Origin: a virus
Lineage: Duplodnaviria > Caudoviricetes
Virus record (IMG/VR): IMGVR_UViG_3300038673_000927
Coordinates: 1 to 24,488 of that record
Length of the DNA: 24,488 nt
Direction: 5' to 3' (one strand)
The notes under the pieces are model-generated. The model was not told where the DNA came from. It ran no database searches and saw only the letters and a list, made by a program, of their open reading frames with translations. Shown here in pieces: positions 17,118 through 24,488 of the stretch (positions within the stretch are counted from its first letter, which is position 1; every line of letters begins with the position of its first letter). The translations under genes and the position numbers were made by a program.

Positions 17118-17719
17118 TTGAGTTTGCCCAGTTCGTATTTCAGTTCACTTTCAATGTTCGTATGGAGCCGGTCGGAAGCCTTCTTCAAGACCGTGTCCAT
17201 GACCTGGGGATTGCTGAGAACATCCGGCACCCGGGGGCCGAAGCGCTCGGACATGGGCAGCCGGTATTTTTCAGGAAGAGCCCCGTATTTGATCTTCGAA
17301 TTCTTCGCCTTTTTCATACCGTGCCAGTTTCGCCAGAACACGCCCTTGTGTCTGCTTCCCACGGTCGTAATGAAGGTGCCGAGAATGATTTTCCTCTTAC
17401 TGCCTTTTTTAACCAGAACGGAGACGCCTTTTGTTTTCTGTGTTGTTCCCACAAAATCGATCAAGGCCAGGGGCTTGCCGGTGCTGACAATGGAGGCACT
17501 CAGCTTCTTGATGGTGGCCTTGTTCAAGGTAAAGGTTTCATCCACGGCCGCCTTCTTGGCGTTCAATTCCCTACGGATCTCCGTCGAGGCGTCCGTCCTG
17601 ACACCGGTGAGGGTCTTGTTCAGGCTCCGGGAGAGGACCTTTTCGCCGACGGTCTTCATCCCGGAAAGGAGGCTTCGGACCTTGGCCTGGTCGATTGGGT
17701 CGATGGAGATCTTGATCAT
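17114..17719 (-). CDS. Minor tail protein Z-like
   Basis: Basic protein; LSRSLNKTLTGVRT, FITTVGSRHKGVFWR, RLPMSERFGPRVP; start at ATG 17719 (ATGA overlap). Confidence 0.75.
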   Translation of the reverse strand: MIKISIDPIDQAKVRSLLSGMKTVGEKVLSRSLNKTLTGVRTDASTEIRRELNAKKAAVDETFTLNKATIKKLSASIVSTGKPLALIDFVGTTQKTKGVSVLVKKGSKRKIILGTFITTVGSRHKGVFWRNWHGMKKAKNSKIKYGALPEKYRLPMSERFGPRVPDVLSNPQVMDTVLKKASDRLHTNIESELKYELGKLK

Positions 17720-18027
17720 GGGGTCACCGCCACTTTCACGGTCAAGCTGTCGTTGAAGGTGACTTTCTGAACGGTGTAGTCCGTGCCCTTGTACCGGAAG
17801 ACATCGCCCCGGTTGGGCTCGCTCCCGATCTCCGACAAGATCGTCTCGATGAACGTTGAACGCTGCCAGGCGGTTGTCTGGAATCCGTCGGGCTGCAGAT
17901 CGACATCGAAGTCGATGAGGATATTGCAGGCGACCTGATCTCCGCCTGAAGGGGTGAAGGTTGCCGCCTCTCCCAGGACCTCGAACATCTCCGGCAGGAC
18001 TGCAGCCATATCCGAGCGGATTCCCAT
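17716..18027 (-). CDS. Head-tail joining protein (lambda gpFII-like)
   Basis: LGEAATFTP, EPNRGDVFRYKGTDYTV; synteny. Confidence 0.7.
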   Translation of the reverse strand: MGIRSDMAAVLPEMFEVLGEAATFTPSGGDQVACNILIDFDVDLQPDGFQTTAWQRSTFIETILSEIGSEPNRGDVFRYKGTDYTVQKVTFNDSLTVKVAVTP

Positions 18028-18254
18028 CAGGTAGTCCTCCCGTAAAGGCGCTCATGCCTTGCCTGGCAGTCCAGGCAGCGAATCGCTTTCGGCATGGCGG
18101 TCAACCGGGCTGGTTCGATCGGCTCTCCGCATTCGACGCACTCGCTCGTGAAAGTCTGTGTTTCAGTTCTGGACAATCCAGAAAAATGAGCCTGGATGGC
18201 CTGTTGCCGGAAAAACTCGTCATTTTGCTGCGCCTGGTCGATGTCATCCGCCAT
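18027..18254 (-). CDS. TraR/DksA C4-type zinc-finger protein
   Basis: MADDIDQAQ (DxxDxA) and CVECGEPIEPARLTAMPKAIRCLDCQ. Confidence 0.92.
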   Translation of the reverse strand: MADDIDQAQQNDEFFRQQAIQAHFSGLSRTETQTFTSECVECGEPIEPARLTAMPKAIRCLDCQARHERLYGRTT

Positions 18255-18257
18255 GGT

Positions 18258-18791
18258 TCATTCTTCCCGGTGGGTTTGAATCCGTTTCGTCCAGCCTCTG
18301 GCAAAGCGCTTCTGGGTGGCGTTCACTTCCACAATCCCCACATAATGAATGAACTGGAAGCCGTTGAGGCAAACGAAGAGCGCCCGTTCATCCTTGCCGG
18401 CCCACTTGTTCAATGCTGTTAATGTCTTCATCCCCATGACGCCGTCCAAGGCCAGGGATTCGCCCAGGTAATTCAGGGCCTCCTGGATGATCTTCACTGC
18501 GGCGGACCGGCCCATGTTGACGGCTGTGTCGAAGATCTCTGCGGCAATACTTGGTGAGAGGACCGAATCGAGTTTCAGGGCGTCCCAGTAGTCCGCCTTG
18601 TAGATCAATCGGGCCTCCTCCTTGCTGAGCCGGGAGACATCCCTGGTACGGACAAGTCTCCGTTTGCAGGCATCCTTAAGGGTTGCCTCGGTGATGCCCC
18701 ACTTGGTCCTTCCTCCCCGGTCAGCCGGGTCGTCGCTGTACCCTCCCTCCAGGCAGAGAGTCTGCTCGAAGGCAAAATCGAAGGGTTTCAT
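18258..18791 (-). CDS. Endolysin, glycoside hydrolase family 108 with C-terminal peptidoglycan-binding region
   Basis: EGGYSDDPADRGGRTKWGIT, IYKADYW, FDTAVNMG, DGVMGMKT, FARGWTKR. Confidence 0.93.
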   Translation of the reverse strand: MKPFDFAFEQTLCLEGGYSDDPADRGGRTKWGITEATLKDACKRRLVRTRDVSRLSKEEARLIYKADYWDALKLDSVLSPSIAAEIFDTAVNMGRSAAVKIIQEALNYLGESLALDGVMGMKTLTALNKWAGKDERALFVCLNGFQFIHYVGIVEVNATQKRFARGWTKRIQTHREE

Positions 18792-18800
18792 GTTTTGCTC

Positions 18801-19010
18801 CTATGATAATTTCACCCCCAGGGCAGCGGCAATTCCCCCGATCACGCCGCCTAAAAATGAGCAGCCACGGTAAACCCATGCCCTTTTCTCCAGCACTTCG
18901 ATACGGGTGCTCAAACCCAATAAAGCGTTGTAGGTGTACCAGCCACGCTGTTCATGCGTCGCGTTCTCCCAGTCTTTCTCAGTCAATGTAAACGGTTGTG
19001 TGTCACTCAT
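18801..19010 (-). CDS. Small membrane protein with a C-terminal TM helix (holin/XhlA-like candidate)
   Basis: 69 aa from MSDTQ; RIEVLEK followed by hydrophobic FLGGVIGGIAAALGV; directly upstream of the endolysin. Confidence 0.6.
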   Translation of the reverse strand: MSDTQPFTLTEKDWENATHEQRGWYTYNALLGLSTRIEVLEKRAWVYRGCSFLGGVIGGIAAALGVKLS

Positions 19011-19042
19011 GTCTGCCCTTTCAGAACCAGGAAGTATGGCAG

Positions 19043-19094
19043 GCTCCGGGGCCGCATGGGATGGCGGTGGGATGAGGCCGCCCGGCCCCGGAGC
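19043..19094. promoter_or_regulatory. Strong intergenic stem-loop (no U-tract)
   Basis: GCTCCGGGGCCG (19043-19054) / CGGCCCCGGAGC (19083-19094) is a perfect 12-bp inverted repeat with an inner GGCGG/CCGCC stem. Confidence 0.6.
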
Positions 19095-19101
19095 TTGATC
19101 G

Positions 19102-19725
19102 TTACAGGGACGCCCGCAGCAGGGCGTACTGGATCTTGTCGCCTGCCGTGAAGGTGCCGCTTGCCGTGACGGTGATTCCTTCCGGATCGGCGGCGGGTAC
19201 TGCGGAGACAATCGACAGCTTCGTCGCCCCGCCGTTTACCTGGAAAGACGCCAGGGCGATGTCGGTGGCCAGGGCTCCGGTGATGGGAATCAACTCCGAA
19301 TTATCGAGAGGATCGTCATCGACGGTAAAGACGCCGGCGGCGGCGATGGTGAAGAGAGACGAATCGGGGCCGGTGGCGGAGCCGACCAGGACGTTGATCG
19401 TTGCCGTCTGACCGGCAGTGACCGATTCGATAGCGATTCCGAAAAACTTCCCGGATTTCTTCTTGGAAAGATAGGGCGATGAGGAACCGGAGAAGTAGAG
19501 GCGATCCCCTATTGCCACGGTGCTGTTTCCGGCGTCGTCCACGGCCTGGACGCTGAGGTCGTAGACGCCGTTGGTTTCGACGGAGGCCTTCCCGTCCGAA
19601 GAGTCATAGTCCATCAGGGCGACGCCCCGTAGGGCGTTGCCGACGGAGACCGGATCTCCGGAATCCACGCCGGAACCGACGGGAAGCCGAAGAATTTTTC
19701 CATCCTGAACTTTATTGGTAGCCAT
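19102..19725 (-). CDS. DUF2190-like capsid cement/decoration protein with C-terminal extension
   Basis: MATNKVQDG..L, SGDPVSVG..RGVA, GVYDL, GDRLYF, FGIAIE; follows the capsid gene; AAGGAG RBS. Confidence 0.75.
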   Translation of the reverse strand: MATNKVQDGKILRLPVGSGVDSGDPVSVGNALRGVALMDYDSSDGKASVETNGVYDLSVQAVDDAGNSTVAIGDRLYFSGSSSPYLSKKKSGKFFGIAIESVTAGQTATINVLVGSATGPDSSLFTIAAAGVFTVDDDPLDNSELIPITGALATDIALASFQVNGGATKLSIVSAVPAADPEGITVTASGTFTAGDKIQYALLRASL

Positions 19726-19761
19726 GGTTAATGCTCCTTTTCATTATTTGGTAGGGAATGA

Positions 19762-21777
19762 TCAGGCCCCTTCGTTGCGGTACATGCCTCGATGATCCGT
19801 GGCGTAGGCGCCGACGTCGATGGAGACGGCATACTCCACCCCCTCGATGGTGAATCCGGGCTGCTGCATCTCCAGCATGGGGGCCTGGACACCGTTGAGG
19901 AAGACGACCTTGACGGTCCTGCCCTTCGGCCCGGCCAAATACCAGGCGGTGAGGGAGTCGTCGTCGAGGCGGGGCTCGTAGACCCGGGTGAAATAGTTCC
20001 CGCTGTAGGGATTCACCCGCGTGGCCGCGAGGCTCGAATCCGTGGCGACGGTGTCGCTGTCGGCAAATCTCTCCGAACGGAAGAAGACTTCGGCAACGCC
20101 CTCCAGGGCCTTGGGGGCGAGGAAGTATTCGGGACGGATGTTGAGGTGGCTCTTGCCGGCGATTCCCTTCTTGACGCCCATGGCCCGGATGGCCTCGGCG
20201 ATCTGCGCCACGCCGGGGGCGGCACGGTAATCGGATATTGCGTCGTTGGCGTGGTTCGTGGAGAACAGCGCATGGCCGTCTCCCATGTTGCCGTTACCGA
20301 CAAGCACCGCATAGACGACATCGCTGACCTTCCGGCCGGCGGCTTCCGCTCTCCTGGCGGGAAGCTCCACCAAGGCACCCAGGTCGTCGTTAATGATCAT
20401 GACGCGGGTCAGCCGGAACTTCTTGGCGTAGGTGGCGATCTTGTAGGTCTCCGGCGGCTTTTCGCTGAAGGAGCCGTACTTGATCTCGCCGGTCTCGCCG
20501 ATTTCCTCCAGGTCGTCATGCTCGGACAGGGCGTTGTCGTAGTAGGTCTTGAAGTCGCTCACCGAACCGATGCCGCACCAGGTTCTCCAGGTTTCCGACT
20601 GAAGCTCCCAGGCCTGCTGGAGGGACTTGGTGGCGAGGTTCGCCAGGAGATAGGGAAAATCGGAACTGGTGAGCGCCCGGCCGACCATCTCCTTGATGGA
20701 GCCGTGATGGTTGATCCCGGCCATGCGGAGGCATTCGCGGGCCATCTCCGGAAGGGTGAAGCCGCGGAGCTCCTGGGCTCCGGGGGCGGGAACGGCCAAG
20801 GACATGCCGGCGCGAAGCTCCAGGGCGTGACCGGCTGCGGCGCGGAACTTGTCCCGTTCATCACCCACCAGGATGACGCCGGAGAAGCCGGGATTCTTGG
20901 ATCGTTTGTGGACCTCGTCGAGAACCGCCCGGGAGGCCTCCTCCAGGGACTTGCCGCCGACGATGAGATCGCGGGCCATGTCCTGGCAGTCGTAGCGGGT
21001 CAGTAAAGCATCGATCTCGCGGATGCGCTCCCGTTCTACGCCGGTGGCTTCGGACCGGATCTGCTCCAGGTCCGGTTCATTGCCCGGTTCCGGGTCCTGA
21101 CGGGCTTCGAGACCGGCCAGGAAGGCGATCGCCTCTTCGTCCGTCGCCGTGGCGGGGAGCCCCTTGCTTTCGAGCATCTTTCGAATTTGTTCGTTCATGG
21201 ATATTTCCTCCTTTTGGACAACACTGTTCAAATTTTGATGGGCCTCGGCCCGCGCCTTGGCGTTGGCGTCCGCGCCGATGGGGACCGCCGAGAGCTCCCG
21301 GGGAGTCCACTTCGTGACGACCTGGAGCGGTCCCGTAAAGGTCTTTCCATCAATGGACGCCGTTTCGTCCTTTTTGATCCACACCGCTTCATCGACCCGG
21401 TAGCCGATGGAGAAGTCCGTCAGGTGCCCCTCCTTCACCTTGATCCAGGGGGACTCCGCCTCCGGGGCCGATGAGAAGTAGGCCCGGCCGACCATCCGGT
21501 CGTCTTCGATCCGGATGTCCCGGACGGAGCCGATGATGTCCGCCGTGTCGTAGCGGCTGTGGGCGTCGAGCTGGACGAGCTGGCGGGAAGATGGGAGCTG
21601 AGCCCCGGACATGAGCAGGACCTCGTTGATGACGCCCCGGTCCCAGTTGTAGACAAGGGCGGGGGCCTCGGTGGACAGGATGATCTCCACGGAGCGGGTT
21701 TCCTCGTCCAGGGTGATGGGGGCCTCTGTTCGAACGGATAAAGGGGCGCTGCGGTAGTTCATTTCTTTCGGGGGCAT
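19762..21777 (-). CDS. Prohead protease-major capsid protein fusion
   Basis: N-terminal HK97-type protease motifs (LDAHSR, FSIGYRV, ELSAVPIGAD), charged scaffold linker (ERERIREI), capsid domain (TSSDFPYLL, SVSDFK, IINDDLGA, EPRLD, AWYL). Confidence 0.9.
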   Translation of the reverse strand: MPPKEMNYRSAPLSVRTEAPITLDEETRSVEIILSTEAPALVYNWDRGVINEVLLMSGAQLPSSRQLVQLDAHSRYDTADIIGSVRDIRIEDDRMVGRAYFSSAPEAESPWIKVKEGHLTDFSIGYRVDEAVWIKKDETASIDGKTFTGPLQVVTKWTPRELSAVPIGADANAKARAEAHQNLNSVVQKEEISMNEQIRKMLESKGLPATATDEEAIAFLAGLEARQDPEPGNEPDLEQIRSEATGVERERIREIDALLTRYDCQDMARDLIVGGKSLEEASRAVLDEVHKRSKNPGFSGVILVGDERDKFRAAAGHALELRAGMSLAVPAPGAQELRGFTLPEMARECLRMAGINHHGSIKEMVGRALTSSDFPYLLANLATKSLQQAWELQSETWRTWCGIGSVSDFKTYYDNALSEHDDLEEIGETGEIKYGSFSEKPPETYKIATYAKKFRLTRVMIINDDLGALVELPARRAEAAGRKVSDVVYAVLVGNGNMGDGHALFSTNHANDAISDYRAAPGVAQIAEAIRAMGVKKGIAGKSHLNIRPEYFLAPKALEGVAEVFFRSERFADSDTVATDSSLAATRVNPYSGNYFTRVYEPRLDDDSLTAWYLAGPKGRTVKVVFLNGVQAPMLEMQQPGFTIEGVEYAVSIDVGAYATDHRGMYRNEGA

Positions 21778-21780
21778 GGT

Positions 21781-23334
21781 TCAATCCTCGTTCATGATGG
21801 CTGCCGGGTTGCTCTTGACCGCCGTTTTCGCCTGCTCGAAGGTCAGGCCCATGTCGTCGGCCATTTCTCGGGCGGCCAGGATTTCCTTGTAGATTTCCTC
21901 CAGGTCCCGGCCCCGTTCCCGGGCCACCTCCTGGGGGGACTTCAGACCGAAGCTGATCGCTTCGACCTGGGACTTCGCTTCCCGGAGGGGATCCACGGCG
22001 TCCATTCCCGGCGGCTGCCATTCGCCTTCCAGGTAGTGCTGGGGATTCCGCCAGTATCCGGGAAGATCGAGCCTGCCGGTCAGGACGGCCATGTCGATGG
22101 CGGTGCGGATCGTCGGCATGCAGAACTGCCGGATATGCCTTACGGCGATGGGACGGAGCTGCTGGGAGAAGTCGTTGCGGACGATCCGGGCCGTGGAGTA
22201 GTTCAGTCCCTGGTAGTCTCCGGAGATGAGTTCATAGGGGACTCCGGTTGAGATGGACAGCATTGTCAGGATGAGCCGGACGAAGGGCTGGAAAGTTGTG
22301 CCGGGCCGGTTGCTGGCGGCGAATTCGATTCTCTCATTGGGACGCAGATGCTCGATGATCGCATTCTTAACCGTTTCAATCTTCCTTATCGTTCCATCCG
22401 CTTCCTCTTGGTTCTTGACCAGGGATTCCTGGCGGATTCCTGGATTCTCCGTGTAGACAAAGGCGAGCCACTTCGCAGCCATTTTGGCTGTTTCGATTTC
22501 GATGTTTACGTAATCGTTGAGTTCGTCGGCGATAATCACGCCGGAAGCGAAGGGGGAGACGCCGCGAAGCTGCTGGGGGCGCAGGATTTTGAAGCCGTGG
22601 AGGACCTGTTCGGCGGATACATAGACCTCCGTTCCGCCATAGTTCGGATCCCTGAACCAGTAGCCGGTGATCCGGCCCGTGGCTTTTTCGTACTCGATGC
22701 CCTGGCGTGTTTCCCGAAGTCCGGGATCGGCGCCGATGCCGTTGACGGATGCTCCGTAATTGTCATGGGTCGAGGACAGCCAATCCGATTCGTAGCTCTG
22801 CAGCGAGAAGGGAAGATAGCGGTTCCGTTCCTTGGGATAGGTCTTGACGAGAAGAAACTCCCCGGATTCCAGGTCCTGGCGCTTGGCCAGGCGCATAAGC
22901 TCGTAATAGTGGAGCTTGCCGGAAATGTCGGCCTCGTCCATCCACCAGCGTACGGCGTCCTCGATCTTCTGGCGGGTTTTTTTGTCCAGTTTGCCGTCGT
23001 TGTCCTTGACCATGCTCTGAAAGACGATGCCGGGACCCACGGAGTAGTCGACCATGACGTTGGCTGCCCGGTCCAGGTAGGGGAAGTCGCGAATCAGCTT
23101 CCGAATCCTGGCGCGAAGGGCCGGCGTGGAGGCGGCGATGATGTCGTTGACGTTGCTGTTGCCCAGGATCCAGGGGAAGGGCTGGCGGTCCGCTTTCGCA
23201 GCTTCGTACAGTTCGGCGCGTTTGTTCCGGGCAAGTATGTCCCGGTGCATCTGCCGCTTCAGGGCTTTTCCGGGAAAGACAACAGCAATCGACCGGTCGA
23301 TGAGAGAGGAAATAACCGTTTCGACTTTGGCCAT
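21781..23334 (-). CDS. Phage portal protein, lambda family
   Basis: LRARIRKLIRD, VLHGFKILRPQQLRGVS, GVPYELISGDYQGLNYSTAR, VDPLREAK; start MAKVE coupled to the upstream stop (TGATG). Confidence 0.93.
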   Translation of the reverse strand: MAKVETVISSLIDRSIAVVFPGKALKRQMHRDILARNKRAELYEAAKADRQPFPWILGNSNVNDIIAASTPALRARIRKLIRDFPYLDRAANVMVDYSVGPGIVFQSMVKDNDGKLDKKTRQKIEDAVRWWMDEADISGKLHYYELMRLAKRQDLESGEFLLVKTYPKERNRYLPFSLQSYESDWLSSTHDNYGASVNGIGADPGLRETRQGIEYEKATGRITGYWFRDPNYGGTEVYVSAEQVLHGFKILRPQQLRGVSPFASGVIIADELNDYVNIEIETAKMAAKWLAFVYTENPGIRQESLVKNQEEADGTIRKIETVKNAIIEHLRPNERIEFAASNRPGTTFQPFVRLILTMLSISTGVPYELISGDYQGLNYSTARIVRNDFSQQLRPIAVRHIRQFCMPTIRTAIDMAVLTGRLDLPGYWRNPQHYLEGEWQPPGMDAVDPLREAKSQVEAISFGLKSPQEVARERGRDLEEIYKEILAAREMADDMGLTFEQAKTAVKSNPAAIMNED

Positions 23335-23558
23335 CAGCCGCGTCCTCCCTGCCTTGCGTAGGTGCGGGGGCTGTAAGCACCGGAGGCCAAGCCCCGCTCC
23401 CATCGGATCTTGTTGTAGAAGTCCTCTAGTTTTTTGAAGTCGGTCTGGGCAAAGGTGGCGGAATATTCACCGATCGAGAAACTGACCTTGGTTGCGCCGG
23501 TCGCCAGGGCGATCAGTGCTTTCTTAACAGTTTCTTCGTCTTCCGCCGTGTAGGCCAT
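23334..23558 (-). CDS. Head-to-tail adaptor, lambda gpW-like
   Basis: 74 aa, ALIALATGATKVSFSIGEYSATF, immediately before the portal; AGGGAGG RBS. Confidence 0.75.
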   Translation of the reverse strand: MAYTAEDEETVKKALIALATGATKVSFSIGEYSATFAQTDFKKLEDFYNKIRWERGLASGAYSPRTYARQGGRG

Positions 23559-23607
23559 AACCCCTCCCTTTTGGCGAGGAGCCTACACCATGGATTTTTG
23601 CCGATAA

Positions 23608-23684
23608 GGAAATCCTGGGGAACTTTTGGGGAAATTCTGGGGAAGTTCTATGGAAGTTTGGGGGAAATTCTATGGATCTTTAAG
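23608..23684. repeat. Seven degenerate 11-bp tandem repeats (approx. GGAAnTTyTrk) upstream of the morphogenesis operon
   Basis: GGAAATCCTGG|GGAACTTTTGG|GGAAATTCTGG|GGAAGTTCTAT|GGAAGTTTGGG|GGAAATTCTAT|GGATCTTTAAG. Confidence 0.85.
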
Positions 23685-23784
23685 GTTGACAGGTTTTCGA
23701 TCGTTTTAAAAATGCTCATCCAGCTTTGCTGATTATTTATGATTTGTTCCTTTCAGAATTTCAAACCGCAATTGGATTCTTGCC

Positions 23785-23813
23785 TTGAAGTGGAATACCA
23801 TAAGTGTTACACT
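23785..23813 (+). promoter_or_regulatory. Putative sigma70 promoter of the TA operon with overlapping palindromic operator
   Basis: TTGAAG-N17-TACACT; palindrome AGTGT-T-ACACT (23803-23813) overlaps the -10. Confidence 0.6.
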
Positions 23814-23832
23814 CTCTTCCAAAGGAGAAAGA

Positions 23833-24063
23833 ATGATGCCGACAAAAAACCCGCGAGTAAACATTGTTGTTGAGCCGCCGCTGTTTAACGCCATACGCGA
23901 TCTTGCAACCAGTGAGGGCGTTTCCATGGGCGCTATTGCACGTGACCTTATTCGTGAGGCCATTAACTTGCGCGAAGATGTCGCCCTTGCAGCTTTTGCG
24001 GACGAGAGAATGAAGACATTTGACCGGAAGAATGCTTTATCCCATGATGAAACATGGGAATAA
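23833..24063 (+). CDS. Ribbon-helix-helix (CopG/RelB-like) antitoxin
   Basis: PRVNIVVE...IRDLATSEGVSMGAIARDLIREAI, acidic C-terminus ending SHDETWE; RBS AAAGGAG; start 23833 or 23836. Confidence 0.85.
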   Translation: MMPTKNPRVNIVVEPPLFNAIRDLATSEGVSMGAIARDLIREAINLREDVALAAFADERMKTFDRKNALSHDETWE

Positions 24064-24066
24064 GCC

Positions 24067-24342
24067 ATGAACTTTACTCTTTGCTATCACCCGGATGTCC
24101 GCACCGAGGATTTACCTCTCATTGACAGCAGAACGAAGGCCAGGATCCGAAAGGCAATCGAAGAACGATTGAAAACCGCGCCTCATGAATACGGTGAGCC
24201 TTTACGCAAGAACCTGAAAGGTTACTGGAAACTCCGCGTTGGTGATTACCGGATCGTGTTCAAAGTTTTTGAATCCGAGGTATGGATTCTTGGCATCAGA
24301 CATAGAAAATCGGTTTACATGGACATTGGTGCGAGGATATGA
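24067..24342 (+). CDS. relE: RelE/ParE-family type II toxin
   Basis: GEPLRKNLKGYWKLRVGDYRIVF...ILGIRHRKSVY. Confidence 0.92.
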   Translation: MNFTLCYHPDVRTEDLPLIDSRTKARIRKAIEERLKTAPHEYGEPLRKNLKGYWKLRVGDYRIVFKVFESEVWILGIRHRKSVYMDIGARI

Positions 24343-24488
24343 ATGTGATATCTTTCTTCCTTAAGTCAGTTAAGCGTCACTATTGTAAAAACAGCATGAT
24401 TTCAATCCGCAATTGAAAAATTTTCCATAAATTGTGGCGATTTAAGACTCCGCACTTTGGTGTTTTTATCCGGTCATGGTCTTGTGAC

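Larger units (their letters stand above)
5631..23684 (-). mobile_element. Prophage morphogenesis and lysis operon (long non-contractile tail); prophage boundaries not visible
   Basis: Contiguous, translationally coupled head, lysis, connector and tail genes with no obvious disruptions. Confidence 0.92.

Noticed and set aside
6114-23437. Numerous long plus-strand and alternate-frame ORFs (e.g. 6114-7127, 16815-17756, 19792-21006, 22348-23361)
   Set aside because: Antisense or frame shadows of GC-rich phage genes, with no motifs.
23608-23684. 11-bp array as CRISPR or replication iterons
   Set aside because: No spacers, units too short, and no cas or rep gene adjacent.
23733-24068. Minus-strand 111-aa ORF
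   Set aside because: Antisense to the well-supported antitoxin gene.
23785-24400. TA pair as a third integron cassette
   Set aside because: No attI-like repeat upstream and no R''/L''/L'/R' structure found downstream.

Overview
The window has three parts. (1) 55-2697 is a complete IS21-family insertion sequence (istA/istB, TG...CA ends with multiple internal repeats). It has no target duplication and abuts a 5'-truncated PEP-CTERM/HAF-repeat gene. (2) About 3360-5550 is an AT-rich accessory block that reads as an integrase-less, integron-like cassette-capture locus. Two diverged copies of a ~65-70 bp attI-like sequence both end in ATTAATT-GTT, and each is followed by one gene. The first gene (unknown protein) ends in a remnant of a group IIC(-attC) intron (domains V-VI). 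The second, a stand-alone SIR2-family protein, ends in an attC-like site whose R'' box (ATCGAAC) is the exact reverse complement of the cassette start (GTTCGAT). (3) 5631-23558 on the minus strand is a GC-rich, apparently intact siphovirus-type prophage morphogenesis operon: gpW-like adaptor, lambda-type portal, protease-capsid fusion, DUF2190-like protein, lysis genes, TraR/DksA zinc finger, head-tail connectors, collagen/LamG fibre, tail tube, chaperone with -1 frameshift, tape measure and tail tip. It is preceded by phased 11-bp tandem repeats and a divergent RHH-antitoxin/RelE toxin pair. All assignments come from motif recognition by eye; no database searches were run.
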